Source of the DNA: Marsupella aquatica
Taxonomy: Eukaryota > Plantae > Marchantiophyta
Length of the DNA stretch: 64,000 nucleotides
Reading direction: 5' to 3'
NCBI GenBank assembly: GCA_973895155.1
Contig: OZ316893.1
Span: 23,582,015-23,646,014, forward strand
In this document: in pieces, positions 1-14,485 of the stretch
Position numbering within the stretch: the first letter of the stretch is position 1
Layout of the letters: each line of letters begins with the position of its first letter
Position numbers and translations under genes: made by a program
Notes under the pieces: model-generated
Databases searched by the model: none
What the model was told of the DNA's origin: nothing
Seen by the model: the letters and a program-made list of their open reading frames with translations, nothing else

Positions 1-3000
1 CTTCCTCCTCCAAGTCACCCCAATGCTTCGAGCGGTCAATTGGTTCCTCCTGAATCAGATCAGACAAACAGATCAGCTTGGGAACTTTTAGTTTCAAAAA
101 CCTACCTCAGCGGATTCTTTTGTAATAACAGCAATTGACTTTGACGAGAATTCTCATACCTCATAAAGGTCAACTTCTTGATGTTGAACACCAAAAACAT
201 CTCCATATAGTGGTCTTCCGTACTGAAAAGGATACAACCGAAACATGAGAAAATTGCACCATAGAGCTGATGCATGCAGCTTCAGGATCCAGAGGCAACG
301 TAACATCGCTCTACTCAACTTGAAGCTCACCTCATCGACAGGGGGTTTTCCCCAGCCTCCTGGGTGGTACCCAAAAGATGCTCCTTCCGGAATGGGAGCA
401 TTTAGGCCAGGAATCTTGAGGTGAGGATATGAAGGAGGAGGACCATACCTCTGCACATCCCACATAGCACCGAGAGTCAACGACATATAGGCTGATTGTC
501 ATGCCATATGAACGACATACTAGCTGGAGGCAGCATTGGCCGTTTATCAAATCCTCCTCGCGCACCTCATTCGCTGCACAAACTCAAAATAAAGATAGCT
601 GATGAATCTCACCTGCATATTGATAAGCCATGGAGGGGGTGCACCCTCTGGCATTCCCAAAGCATCCTTCACTTCTTGAGACAGATGCCCTGGTTTCATT
701 TCCCTTAATTTCACCTGAACGCAAACAATCAACAGAGAATGAGCATCAAAGCTTATAGCCAGCCATGACACATGCGGTTAAGTGGTTGCATACGTGGGTT
801 ACACAAAACCTAGACTGGGATGACGTAAACGAACTGATTTCGGTCGAGCTTCCATTTCAAAAGTTACAAAAGTGGAGCCGAGAGGGAAACCCGATGCCAG
901 ACCTCAAATTCTTTTCCTTCATGGTAAAGATCTCCATGAGATGTCAGCTTTGGCTTCGTTTGGAATTTGAAGAAGGCATCATGCAGAACCTGACGTAAGG
1001 CAGCATAATCGTTAGTGTCAGAATAAGGTAGAACAACGTACATGTCCACGCACAAGACCTTCATAAGCATATATCAAGATAACCACATAGGGTAGACTAT
1101 AAAGAACATTACCTGGTAATCAATGTCCATTTTACCCATTTTCGGCTGCACCTTTTCCCTCTGCTTTTGCTTAAGCTTCTTACTATCCTCTTTCTCGATA
1201 TATGCCTGAAACAAAGCAGACGTCACATCCTCCATTTAGTGCGATGACACATCCCTGCTATCAGTATTATCCAAGAAGTCAGGAATGAGAAGCCTCTTCA
1301 GAGGACATGTGTGCTTGCTAAACATGCTGAACAAACTCAACTAATTCCCTAGATTTTCATGCTCTTTCCAGGAGACGGCCAACCTGTCTGATCTTCTCAA
1401 TCCCTGTGGCTGCAATGAAGTCGGGAAGCTGGAATGGCTGCTTTTCGATACCCCTTTTACCCTGCGGTGACACACATCATGAGAAACAAACATACAAACC
1501 AGGTTATTGGCATACCATATGAGCGAATGATTCTTCCGAAACTATTAGAAATATGTAGCATATGTTCTACATAGTCTTTCAAATCAGCTGTCATGTCAAC
1601 AACCAACCTAGCCGAGAACACTACAAATTAGAATCCAAGGGGCAGAAGCTGTGACGCCCGGTAAATTCTGCACTGCCAGGAACAATAGCTCCAGTGAGAG
1701 CGAAACAAGTGACAGATAAAGAAGCAACCATCAAAGCGTACTCATACCACTTGGCTTCATCTCTCGGGACTTCAAGCCATTCACAGTATTGTTGCAATTT
1801 TGGGCAATGAGACTCAACAATTATCTTCAGATTTATGTTTGTCCCCATAACCCTGATTTATAGTTATTCAATTTCTCAACTCCTTTTGACCTTGGACTGA
1901 CAGTTTGGTCCATGCGTTCAAGACTCTGGACATCTACAGATGACATAGATGTAAGGGTTCAATCAATGAATCATTGTGGGGGACTCTCCTCCTGTATCCA
2001 CCCACATACCAGGCCTCCTTGCAAGTCATAATGTCTGATGAACCGCACCCTGCAACCACCAGATGTAGCAAAAAATAAGAGGCATGACACCTAAGCCAGA
2101 TTGTGGTCCTCCATCCTCTTCAAGCGCAAGACCCAGATGCGTACACTCTCTTTGATAGTTAGCACCCGTCCCGATCAGGGTTTCCCATTCGAATCCTTCC
2201 GGGTTAAAACAGTTACCAACCTGAAGAAACTTCCGCTTCTGACACCAGTGCCTTGGCACGGGAACTGTGTTCCGATATGCTTTCAGGAAAACCAGAAGCC
2301 GTGGATCTGCGGCAGTTGCGTCCCAAACCTGCAAGAACAGGGAATTCTACTCAAAAAAGGAGCTGTTTGGACATGTAAGATCGAATTAATGAAATGAACC
2401 TGGCAGAGCGTCTTAAACCACCCTTCTATTGCTTGGAAACAAACTATTAAACTATTTTCAATACACACAAAGTATAAACCATCCCAGCTGCCTAGCGTGG
2501 CATTTTCCATCAGAAGTGTTTGAACCAAAATCCACCATGAAAGCAACTTACCTCAACAACATCAGGTTTCAAACACTGCTGCTTGAGTTCGGCAATTTTC
2601 ATACGCCTCTGGAGCTGAGAAAACCAAATTCAAAATAAAATCAACGACGTGCCCTAACGATTCCGAATGAGAGAAAACAAGCATTGTCCATCCTGTAGCC
2701 TCTATTCTAACAGATATTTTGGGTGTCATTTCGGAGTCCAAATTACGTTAAAAAAATGCAAAAAACAAAACGTGGAATTATACAATAAGAGTTGATCTAA
2801 CCTTTTTCTTCTTGTTAGAGATGCCGTTTTCTTTCCCTCTCACGGTATCGTCGTCGTCATCGGATGAATCATCTGAGTCAGCCTTTTTCTTCGCTTCTAC
2901 TGCAGGAGTTGAATCTTCCTTGGCCGCCTCGTCCTGCAGAAACAACCCGAATTTCAGTCCAGCGTTGAGGTTCACCACGTTATCTTGCAGTGAAAGGCGA

Positions 3001-3706
3001 AGTGCACACAGGTCAAATTGAGTCAAATAAGTACCCGCTAAGTACCCGCCAAAGAACATAGCCAACGACTGACCTTCTTGAAGACTGGGAACAACTCCTC
3101 AGCGTTCGTGAACTTCTCAAACACCCTGACGAAATCCTCAATGAGTGGGTTCAGATGTCCGTTACTATCGGCAAACTCGGGCTTCTCCGAGACATACTCA
3201 ATCTCCACTTGCTCCGGGTCCTGCAATTCAGGACACCAATTCAGGCTCAAACCAGCCAATATTTCTTCTGTCAAGAAAGGCAACGCCGGAACCGAGGGTG
3301 AACGGTGGGGGGCGGGGAGAAGGCGGGGAGAAGGCGGAGAATAGAAAAAGAAGCACAATGTCAATTTAAACAAGCAACAAACATCGATGACATAAACCTA
3401 CAACTTCCACTGAAACTTGACTCCCATGCGTCAGAGGAAACTGACCTCCTCGTCGTCGCCTTCCTTGTCGCTATTACCATCGGTAGCGCTTTCAGCCTTG
3501 GACCTGGACTTTTTCTTTTGTTTACGTCTTCGCCTTCGCCTTTCAGCATCTCGAGCCTTCTTGGCCGCGGCTTGATCAGAAGCCAGCTCCAGTCCATTCT
3601 CGGGAACATGCGCCGCCTCCGCATCGCCGTTCTCCACAACCGCATTCGCCTCTTTCAGCACAGCGGGCGTGTGCACGACCCCCTCCACCACTATCTCTGC
3701 TCCCAT
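1..3706 (-). CDS. SF3B2: Splicing factor 3B subunit 2 (SAP145), multi-exon; 3' part lies outside the window
   Basis: GT-AG exons at about 3446-3706, 3074-3220, 2802-2933, 2552-2614, 2221-2328, 1385-1461, 1113-1206, 902-988, 614-714, 331-450, 159-222 and 1-51. They encode VWDATAADPRLLVFLKAYRNTVPVPRHWCQKRKFLQ, GKRGIEKQPFQLPDFIAATGI, PPPWLINMQRYGPPPSYPHLKIPGLNAPIP and HWGDLEEE (DUF382 and PSP domains). Confidence 0.96.
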
Positions 3707-5643
3707 ATTCTCTCCCTTCACATCAACTGACGAAGAACTCGTCAAACACTAGTAACCCTAACTCCCTCGTCTCGCTCCCTCTCCGTCTCCTCCGTCTCCT
3801 CCGAGAAAAAACACCACTCCCTTCTCTCCTCTACTGCCTCTGTCCACTCCTGCAAACCATATCTCGCGATTTTTTCGAGTTCGAGTTCGAGAGAGAAGCG
3901 GAGGGCACAGAATCCCCTTCTTAACAGAACAGAACAGAACAGAACAGAATGGAATGCAAAGCTGCGAAGCAAAGTTTCACCGAGAAAGCGCTACACTGCT
4001 CTCGACATCGAAAACCAAGACAGCCGTGCGGATGCGAAGCCCGACCTTCTCTCGACCAGGCAGACAGCGAGAGACAGCAAGAGCACCAATCTGACGACCC
4101 AATTTGCGTAATCAAATAAATCGAGCAGTGTGCCCGAATGGGGTTTTGGATACGGTAGGGCCTGCGAACAATCAACAACCCAATTGCGCATGGTGATTTT
4201 TCATTCGGCGGCAACTAGGGCCGCGGGCCTTCGAACCCTGCCCGCCTTGAACCACAGGCTTTGTGGTAGTCCGTGAGCCCTTGACGGCCGCAGGATCTCT
4301 CAGATCCAACGAGCCCGGCTAGTCTCTCGTGGCGGACGGATGACAAACGAGTCCCGGGGTAACAACTCCCATGTTTCCGCCTCTGTCTTAGTGCACACTC
4401 CCGCGAAGAAGCCCTGGCCTTCGAGTTAGTGTGGTTTGCACCACGTGATAAGTGCATAGTCTCTAGGGTAATTAATTTATTTCCTGCAATTCTTCTTCGG
4501 AGCCCAATGCCAATGTGTTCTACAATTAGTAAAAGTGAGACAAGAATAGTGAGGGCAAGGCATGTAGGGTGAGGCACGCATGGCTAGGCAAGCAGACGGC
4601 AAGGCTCAGGCACAGATGGCACGCGCGGACCGTGTATTGGGAGGTATTTCTGGCCGATCAAATGATGTTGGAAAAACACTTTCCCAGCATACCACCATGA
4701 TTTTTTCCAGCCCAGATGACATATCATAAGTGGGCGGAATAGATGGACAGGATTAAGCATTATAGTGATTTATCTTGGATCGTGCAGAATAGATGGACAG
4801 GATTGGGTATCATAGTGATTGATCTTGGGTCGGAGTTGTAAATCAAGAATTTGAAGCCAACCCAGATGGGCCAAGATGCTTTCCATCCCATCCCCATGGT
4901 CTGCGTAAAGTCATCAAAAAATTTACACATGATGGAAAGAAAAGGTGATTGGTTGCTTTTGGAAAAATGTTTCCATTTGTCAAGTTTGCCCACGTAGTTT
5001 TTCCAAGCACCCTAAGCAATTGTAAATTGCTTGTTTTTGACATATGTATCCATCTACTTGGACAACTTTTGGATCTATGCTTAGGCTCAGATATTTCTAG
5101 CAGGTTCTCTGATGTCCAATTTATTACCTGACAAAATTTTGAGATTTTTTTGATAGTGTTTACTCCAATTTTCTATGACCACAAAGGTGTTAAATATTGT
5201 AAATCAACTAAAATTGAATGCATGAGCATGTATGACTGACCATTAACTAAAGAGGTTGTTACATCTCAGTCAATATTGTAAAAGGTGTTATATAAATCTC
5301 TTCAGGCATTCTGCCCAAAGTGGGTCCATCCCCAATAACTCCATCCAAGTCTAAGGATCCCAAGACCAACATAATCTTTGTCTCCCTGGTTTGTGTGCAA
5401 AAGCTGCAAGGGAATAAATCACATAACAGAAAATGCTATAGTTAAAATTCAGTTTGAGTATCAATCTCGCAGTGCTGGAGAATAGTATGTTACATCCTTC
5501 ATTAAGTGGTATTGATAACAAATTCATGACAAATTGGTACATTGAGTGGTGGGGATAACATCTTAGCTAAAGTCTTTAAGTGACTCCATTCTAGGCTAGG
5601 TCTCCAAGTCTGTACATAGCATTGCCTCACTTTGATAAAACTC

Positions 5644-8469
5644 AGGGGTCTCACTATATAGAGGCCCCCATCACCTGCAACGTTTGGAAGCCCTGCACCC
5701 CCTAAAATGCAAGATTTTTTTTTTTGTTTTTAAAACACTATAAAGTTGGAATATATCTACACCCCCTAAAATGTAAGAAAAAATATTTGTTTTTAAAACA
5801 CTACAAAGTTAGAATATTCCTGGAATATTCCAAAAATGGATTAAACTACACTGATGTTCTTACAAGACTCAAAATTGGATTTAAAAAACCCTTAAATTCT
5901 TCCACAAAGTTTGCAAGTCATCCCTTAAAACCAATAAAAATACTCTATTTTTTGTTGCACCTGATGTCGATTCTATGGAAGTGAAACCCCCGAGGATAAA
6001 AAAGATGGCCATTTCACTGTGGGCTAGGAGAGAAACAAATTTGAGGGCCCTACATCGAGTGCAACATTTTAGGGTCTGGACTGTCTTCTTAACTGTCTTA
6101 TAAGCGAAAAACATTTTTTCTTGCCTTTACTTACTTTAAAGCAACTATTTATTTCTTTAACTCAAAAAAACTTTAAGTAAAGTTTTTTTGAATTAAACAA
6201 GGCCTATAAATAAAAAATAAGTACCTCAGAATTTGGAGCTCAACTTAAGTTTTGAGACTTCTAATTCACTCCGGCTCTCCACTCAATGCAAATTTTTTCA
6301 CCTCTCCACTTGATAATACATCTCATATCTCTTGTATAGTCCATAGACCATAAATAAAACTAAAACTAAATATTGTATAATTCGATGGTCATCTAGCCAT
6401 CAACTTGTCTACATCCCGGGGTCCTCACTTATTTTCTTCTGACCATCATGCGCAAATAAATTTAGGTTTTTATTATTGAGTTTAGTAAAAGACTTTTTTA
6501 TATTTTTGTGGAAGATCATTAGCGTTGTTTTAATCCACTTTTGAGAATTATAATTATCATAGGATTTTGTAAACCAAATTAAACATGAGTATTTCTAATA
6601 GGTTTCTTAATTATGGATTAACTTACCCCTAACTGTTTAGAATATTCTTAGGGTAAATTAACCCATCCAAAAACCTTTATTTACTGAAAATTTAGGATTT
6701 TTATTCCCCCAAAATTTCACCCATGATATGGGGTTCCCTTTTGAGTGAGGCCGGATAGGGCTATGTTGCACTCTACACTCTCAAAACGGTGGAGCATGGT
6801 GAGTACTGTCTAGATATTATTGGCTGTCTATTCAAGGCTTCATCAATTCTCTACCACCCTTTCTTCACACACCATTGTATGATTAGATTATCTCCATATG
6901 AGTGAGGGGAATGAAACTCTTGATTGAGCATATAAATTTCAATTTGACAATCTGTCATCCGCCCTCTACCCTACTTCATCCCACTATCCTATTCATATAT
7001 ACTTCAAAATGTCAAGTTAGTCAAGTAAAAAGTATTTTGGGGAGTGATTTGTTCCCTGGTTTGTTCATATTCATAATATATATGCCCAATCATGAGAAGA
7101 GGAGGAGTCCTCAAAGCTGGACTGTAGTCTAAAAGATCCCCCATTTGCTCAATTACCTGTCTCCCACTATCTTCTAAAGCTAGTTCATGGTACTTCAGTT
7201 CGGCTCACACCGGCGGCATCTTAGCCAAAAATCCCCTGGGTCCTCATTTCTTTTCTTTCGACCCATCACGTGTGAATAAGTATAGGGTTTTTCTATTGGG
7301 TTTAGTGAAATACCTTTAAATTTTTGTTGAAAACATTAGGGTTGTTTTAATCCAATTTTAATTGAGAATTATAAGAATCATAGGGTTTTAAATAGTCAGA
7401 TTTGAGAATATTCTTGGAATTTTCCTTTAAGTTAGGGGTAAACAAATTCTTGAAAAAAACTTTATTGACTTAAGTTTTAGGATGTTTATTCCCCCAAAAC
7501 TTTGCATGTGATATGAGACACTCCTTGAATTGAGGCCCCTAAGCAGAAATCCAGGAGTCCAGATGGAATCAAGACAAGAGAAAGAGCCGATAGGGGTGAG
7601 GAGGAAGCTTAAAATGATAACATAGCTAGACCAGGATCGATAATGAGCCCAACACCATTGATCGCTGGTCCATTACATCGGAATGCAAATCAGCTATCAC
7701 CTCTCTATCGGCAAACAAGTTGAAGGAAGACAAAGGTTAAGCTACAACTAGATATCAGTATCAAAACCACTTCTATTACAATTGCGGAGATGTTATTAAA
7801 AGCAGTTTTATTCTTCTTTGCCAGGAGGGTGCCCTCATATCAGCAATTCTTGAAGTGGACAGACGACAAGTTTTGCTTTATAAAGAAGTGGATAATCAGC
7901 ACGAGAATGAGCAGTGCTAAATTTGTGGGATTGAACTACTTTCTGGAGCATTGCCTGTTCCTAACTTGTGTAGATTATCTTCCCTTGTGCATTCTAGGCC
8001 CTATGCTTTAAAGATGTCACTTAACCTTGCCATTTCTCATGCAAATTAATGTACTTTACTAATTTAGAGTTCTTCATTGTGCAGACTCAATTTCTCTCTT
8101 TGCCCCTTGTCTTAATGACGTTTCTTGTGTCCTTCTGTTTCTCGGGGGGCCACTTCCACGGAAGTGACACATCACGTGCGATGAAGTATAGGCCCATTTA
8201 AATGGGTGTGGTGGAAGACTTCCAAAGTTTGGTGAAAGAACACTTAGGGCATATTTTATTGATTGGTTGACTTTAAAGAACACATAGGCCTATTTAATTG
8301 CAAAAATACTTTCTGTAAAGTTTTTAGGGGTTTTTTTAATAAAAAATGACAAAATTTTAAGAAAGAAAGGGCTTTGCCAAAAAAATTATTTTACTTAAAA
8401 GTTAGGGGGGTCAAACCCTAAAATGTCGCACGCGATGTATGGCCCTCCATATAGTGACCCCCCCCGAGT
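5644..8469. mobile_element. Cluster of degenerate ~320-340 bp MITE copies (GGGGnCnCA...TGnGnCCCC ends)
   Basis: Similar AT-rich units at about 5644-5991 (inverted), 6418-6752, 7238-7539 and 8141-8469 (CTCGGGGGG...CCCCCCGAG), plus a fragment at about 6040-6240. The 6418 and 7238 copies align over their length. Confidence 0.6.
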
Positions 8470-9249
8470 TTTGTTCCTAGATCTTCACTGTCTCAATCCT
8501 GATTGGAGAAACTGAAGTTATTGTTGTTATTCCACGCATCTTACTATTGCTTTTTTTGAACGTGATATTTCCCTCTATCATGTGTCTTGGTTGCGCAGGC
8601 TAGGGCATTGACCTTGTACGTTCTTGCTTGTCATTATTATTATTCTAGGTCTCTTACTGACTACTTGTGTTTACGTACAATTTTTGTTTTTTGAATACAC
8701 GCTTAGTTACTCTCTTGGAACTTTTTACTATTTTTATGATTCACTACTCTTGTCCCTGTCATTTTACTATCCTTTTCTTTATAATTTTTACTATCTCTCA
8801 CTAGTTGTTCTTCTGACTTCCTGTCACCTCATAGTTCTGATCTTTGTCATTTACTTTGTCTGGAGGTATCTGCTTTCTTTTTTCTGTCATTCCCTGGGGG
8901 AATCATTTGTTGGGTTAGTAGAATGGGGTGTAAACAAATGATTTTTTTTTCTTGTCTGACTAATAACTATAATCAAGAACTTGTTCTAAAGACATCTAAA
9001 AATCTAGTTTTGGTAAAAATATTGATTTTGCATAGTTAGTAAGGAATTAAAAAATTTCTAATCAAAATTAAAATTTCAAATTTCATTGGTTTCTTCTCAC
9101 TTAATTAAAGGGTTTCACTCTAAGTGATTCCCCAAGGCCTAGTTATGATCTTTGTACTTTTTATGGACGTATCTGCTTTCGTTTTCTGTCACAGTCTAAT
9201 TACCATCTTTGTCGACTCCTTCTTTTGGAGGTATCTGATATCTTTGTGC

Positions 9250-12200
9250 ATTCATCAAGTGTAACGACTTGAGGATGAATGACCCCAACTGAGAAATCTT
9301 GCTTCATAGAATTTATGGAAAAATGAAATTATATGAACTAGGTGCTGGGGCACGTCTAAACATGGAGAAGACGGAAGTGCTCTTATATTGCCTTGATTCT
9401 CCTCCGAATAGCTGGTCAGTGCTAACTGTGTAATTGTTCCTCAGGGTCATGTTTCTTGCTACCTGGGGGCTCCGATTGGATTTAATATTTCCAAAGTTCA
9501 CTTCCAGGATTTGCTTGCGTAAGTTGAACAAAAGACTAGCAGCCTGGTCTAACAAACGATTCTCTTTCACTGGTCATGTCTTATTGATCAAACAGGATTT
9601 GCTTTCCATGACAAATTTTCATATATGATGTACACCCACTTCGCTGGCAGCATAATTAATCTGATTAGGCAAACCTGTAAAGATTTTCTTTGGGGATATA
9701 ATAAGGAGGGGAGACGGAAAACCCCATTAGTCGATTCCTAACCTACATTGATACGCGTAGGGTAGTTCGAGTCCCCTTCCCATATTCCAAGAGGAAATTT
9801 ATTTAGTAAAGCAGCTAAAAGACAAGTGTACCTAAGTAATAAGCTAGCAGACTGAATTTTATTCTGAGGTGGGCCCACATTCCCACTCCTTCAAATTCTT
9901 GTTGGAGTGATTGAATATTTATGGAGAAAGGCAACGTCTTCATCTTACCTAGAAAATTGTCAGATTCATATAATAGTGAAATATCAATTCTAAGAACTTG
10001 AATCCCAAAGATCAGTATTCCCAAGCACAGCAAGGTTCTAGGTGGACAACTAGTTTGCCTGTGCGCAAGTTAAACAAAGAGCGACTAAGTACCACTAGCA
10101 ATTGGAGGAACACAAGAGAATCCATGTTTGCCTGTGTATACATACTAGGGGGGATGCACCACCAAACCTGTGGGTCAGGCTCTGCCCTACACCACGAACA
10201 TTAGTACCCTGAACCCTTGTCTCGCAACACCCATTTTGAGCAGTTCAGTGACCTGGGCTTTGATGCATACACCTGCAGTATCAGGCTGTGAAACCAAGTG
10301 TTGCAGGGACAGGAGTTCAAGGTAGTCATGCTCTTGGTGTCAATTCCCGGCGGAGTATGTGGCACTCTCACCTAGGGATATCTATTTAATTCATTGATGG
10401 AGATGGTGGGTCTTCAGTTGATCAGACATGGTCTGGATGGTATTCCTTTTGCCCACAAATTTGGAGGAGGGGAAGTTTTTTCTGTTCATCAACAGTATCC
10501 TGTGTATGGTATCCGCGTTGCACAAGGATTTTGGGGGAAGTAGGTTGCTAGTGGTCAGTGGTTCTTTGTTCAGAGGTGGATGGTGATGGACAAATCCCCA
10601 GTCAGATACCAACTGAGATGCCCTGGGCCCTCACTCTTACTATATTAAGTGAACCCCCCTGAGAACAGACACCCCCCGTGTACCCCTTCTTAATATTTTT
10701 GTTCACAAAAAAAAATCCCTTGTTAATGTAAAAACATTATTTTTTCCTATAAAAATTTATCCTTTTGTAAATTATAACAGAGTTTTTCAAGGAATTAAAA
10801 AAACCCTTGAATTTTTAAAAATTGTAAATATCATACTGAAACATAAAAGATTCTATTTTGCATAGGGGAATATAATGTTACGCTGATGTTCACGGTACAT
10901 ATTTTATGTAGATCATAACAAAATTAATACTAAAGATTTATAGTTCTTCCTAGAGTATATGACTATAACTCAGGCAACTTGTAGACCTCATAGAGATAAA
11001 CTGAACTAGTACAAAGGCATTATTATGCTATGCTATATCCTTGGTCCAGCAGGAATAATTGCATATATACTACTTATGTAAACTCCAATTGCTAAATTAT
11101 TCTATCTTGACTAAGAATGGTATGACATCAACCATTAACACCAAATGATAAGTAAAGTTTTTGGCAACTTCTTTCATGCAACCTGACACATCAAACCACA
11201 CATTAATCATATATATTCTAGACACAAAGTACTAATAATACAAAAAATGACTACTGAAATTTGTGGAGAGTAATACCATCAAATCTCCTTTGGCTGAAAT
11301 TGTTACTTAGACATGGTGGGTAATTTTCCTGCCATATCTGCAATCAAACAACTGTGAGCACCGGGTACCCCCCCAACCCAATGATCAAGGGAGTACACCA
11401 CCCCACACACAAACACACCTGGTCTCATACCTGGCCATTTGATTCGAGGGAATTCAAAAGTAATCTTGTTTGTCTATGTGGGATTGATTCATGGGTCCCC
11501 ATCAATCCCAGAACCCAAACGAGTTGGGCCCCAAAATCCTGGCCCAACATTTATTTAACTCCCAACTTAACACATGCGGGTAAACAAGTCTACCATGCAA
11601 GCCCATGAAACCAAACTTGCCTTAAGAGGATAAATAATTAAATGTCTGATTTACTATATGGACATGTGTGCCAATGAAGTGATGACATGTGTGCCAACCA
11701 TATAGTGACACGTGTCCTTGGCATTTTAGGTACCCTTGCATAAGATTAATGTGACATGTATTTGATAAGAGCCTTATTACTAATATTGTGATGAATGTAT
11801 ATACATGGATGTTGCCTACTTTAAAAAATATTATAAAAATTAGTTTGCATTACATTAAAAATACCCTTGCGTTGTTCGCACGTCCTCCCTGCATTAGTAA
11901 CGCTGAGGGCCCAGGGCTGAGATGGTCCATGCTTTGTTTCCTTCTCCTGGTTGCATCCAGGTTCTCTAGCCTATGTTTGTTTGACGATTGTCCGTTCTCT
12001 TGGGTTCCCCCCTTACCACCTTTTCTGCCAGTCACCTATCCTTTTGGCAGTCGTGTTGGGTGGGACCTACTTCTTTTTCTCTGGGTGTGCTCCTTCCATT
12101 AGCCCCCATAATTGTTAAATTTTTTCTGGTTGCCTCCTTCTCTCAGGCAGTCCTCGATGCATTCGCTCTCTCGGTATAAAGTTTTTTGGGCATAGTTCCC

Positions 12201-12300
12201 TTTTGAAAAACAATAAATTTTTTTGAAAAATGTCAAGTTAGTATGGTGACAAAAACCCACTATCAAATGAATGTTGTGGGATTTGGAGTGAAAAGGAGAT
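9250..12300 (+). mobile_element. Degraded L1-type non-LTR retrotransposon remnant (distal ORF2), split by the 1.3-kb TIR element
   Basis: Fragments such as MEKTEVLL and LRKLNKRLAAWSNKRFSFTGHVLLIK resemble the post-RT region of plant L1 ORF2. Many stops and frameshifts; boundaries approximate. Confidence 0.6.
10621..11916 (+). mobile_element. Non-autonomous DNA transposon, 1296 bp, copy 1
   Basis: 13-bp TIR CCCTGGGCCCTCA...TGAGGGCCCAGGG; 8-bp TSD CTGAGATG (10613-10620, 11917-11924); near-identical inverted copy at 44591-45879. Confidence 0.95.
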
Positions 12301-12453
12301 TTCCTCAGTTGATGCATCTGTACGGGATTTATACTCTTTATTCGGGTCCTCCAACTTCTCTCATAGCAGTGTTCTCTGCGTTTGTTTCACATGTCAACCG
12401 TTTGAGGATTCTGTAACTGGAAGCTCTCGCGAGGGATCTGTCCGTGACTTGGA

Positions 12454-13139
12454 TTGGTTGATAGCCGGAACTTAAGCCTGGCATCAGATTTGCAAAGCGC
12501 TGGAGCAGCAGCGCGATATGGCCAACTCTTTGGCTCTAACAGATCAAGCTCTACAGCAAAGACACCAAAAGCACTGCTCCAAAGAATATGCCGTCAATTC
12601 CCACTCTTCCCCTCCACTTTGCGACCAATAAACTGCTGCCGCTATAGACATCATAATTCTTCTACTTGTGCTGGGTGCTTGCGGTTTCCTTTTCACTACC
12701 TGTTTTAAATGTGGCACACGAAGCAGCAGAAATTCTCCCAGTGACGTTTCTGATCATTGGCAAGGTTGTCTACCAAGCACCTATTGCTTATGCGTCTGGA
12801 GCCGTTGTCATGTTCATATCTGTGATCGGGGCCTGGAAATTTACCAATACAAGTCCAGGAGGTGTGACAACCCTCATTGCAGGGGCCTCCGTTAGGCCAT
12901 GGAGCTGGATAAACAGCTTGAGACTGAGCAATGCTTGAAGTCTGGACCACCGGTGGTTGAAGAACTTCCGTGGAGATGGGGGAGATATTGCACGAGATCA
13001 GAAGGAGCTTGACGCCAAGTTGAGGCGGATGGCACCTCCAAATGGTAGGGCTGTACTTATATTCAGAGCACCTTGCGGATGCCCCACGGTTTGGTTTGAG
13101 GCTTTGGGATGCAAGAAAGGTCGACGATCTAAGAAATGA
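12454..13139 (+). pseudogene. At5g19025-like (so-called ribosomal L34e superfamily) membrane protein pseudogene
   Basis: Across frames: CDQ*TAAAIDIIILLLVLGACGFL, RRCDNPHCRGLR*AMELDKQLETEQC, ELDAKLRRMAPPNGRAVLIFRAPCGC...KKGRRSKK. Internal stops and frameshifts, damaged start. Confidence 0.8.
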
Positions 13140-13650
13140 CCACCGTGATCGGGAACAAGGATGGATTATGAACAAGGCGAGGAACATCGATTGCTGAGAT
13201 GGGTGCTTTCCATGTCGAATGGACTGGTTTCTGGGGTTAGCCCAGTGAATTAAACAAGTAAGAATCCTTTACTTGCAATGAATGCAGGACACAAAGAGGG
13301 GCCCACTTAAATACATGCGGTAGGACACATCGGCAGGAGGAGATCAACGAGAGAGAACAAGGAGGCCTAAGATCGACCACTGACAGGAGAATGTACGCCT
13401 AACGAACATAGTAATCACCATGTAGCAGTGGAGGGATATGCTCCGTGATACCCGAGAGGAGTGGAGTCGTATCACACATACGTAGGACTCATCATAGCAA
13501 GCACTTAGATAGCGTAACTAAGTAGCTAACTACGTGGTAATTTACAACAAGGATTGGGTTGGCCGTGAACTATTTTCCATTTCATTTGAAGAAGCGGTTC
13601 AATTAGCTTGAATTACCAATAGAAAATTTCATCGTTTCCTGGAGTTAGCC

Positions 13651-13857
13651 GCCTCCGTGGTCGTCGATGAGTATTGAAATCCAATTAATATGATCTCCTG
13701 ACGATAATTAATTGCCGACTTGACAGAAGTCATAGCAAGAATCGGCTCGTTCATACCCAGTAGCTGCCTCCGTGGTTGTCAATGAGTATTGATCGAGATC
13801 CAATATGATCTCCTGACGACAATTGCCGACTTGACAGAAGTCATAGCGAGAATCGGC
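13651..13857. repeat. Two-copy tandem duplication, ~115 bp period
   Basis: GCCTCCGTGGT...GAGTATTGA...ATATGATCTCCTGACGA...AATTGCCGACTTGACAGAAGTCATAGC...AGAATCGGC at 13651 and 13766. Confidence 0.85.
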
Positions 13858-14485
13858 GTTCAGGCTTGTTATTGCACATGATCTTCCAAAAGTATTTAAT
13901 AAGTGACTTTAATTTCACCATATTATTTCCGTTGAATCTTTCTTCTTTGCATTGCCTGCCTAGCCTGCTAATTGTACAGGAATTCAACAAGATGTTCATA
14001 CCTAGCTTGTCACCCCAGGCATGTTATGATAATCTCAATTGTGGGATGAGTCTGCTGTGGTCGGTCTATTGCAGACAATAAGGGTTGGCTTCACAGTAAT
14101 TTGATGATCTGATCCAGTTTATTTGATCGATTTCCTTAGGACAAAGACCTTCAGTTTTTGTGTGCTATTTCAGGGGATGAGTGCATCATGTCGTATATGG
14201 CCGGGGCACATGCAAGGCAAGGTCGAGCACGGACTCAACCAGTTCTGAGAGCAATAAACCCTTCGAAACAAGCAACGATAGGAGGAAGCAAATTCTCCTG
14301 AGCTTCAGAGAAATTATTCTAATTAATGTGCATACAATTGCTCCCCTTTTTCCGTGAGAAGAAGGTTGGGGCTGATCCGTCTGCATGCTTTCATCAAAGA
14401 GGTTCATAGAGATATCGATCTACACCCTATCTCCATTTTGAGAGCTCATGGTAAGAATTTGATTATGTGGTTTTTCATGTACTTC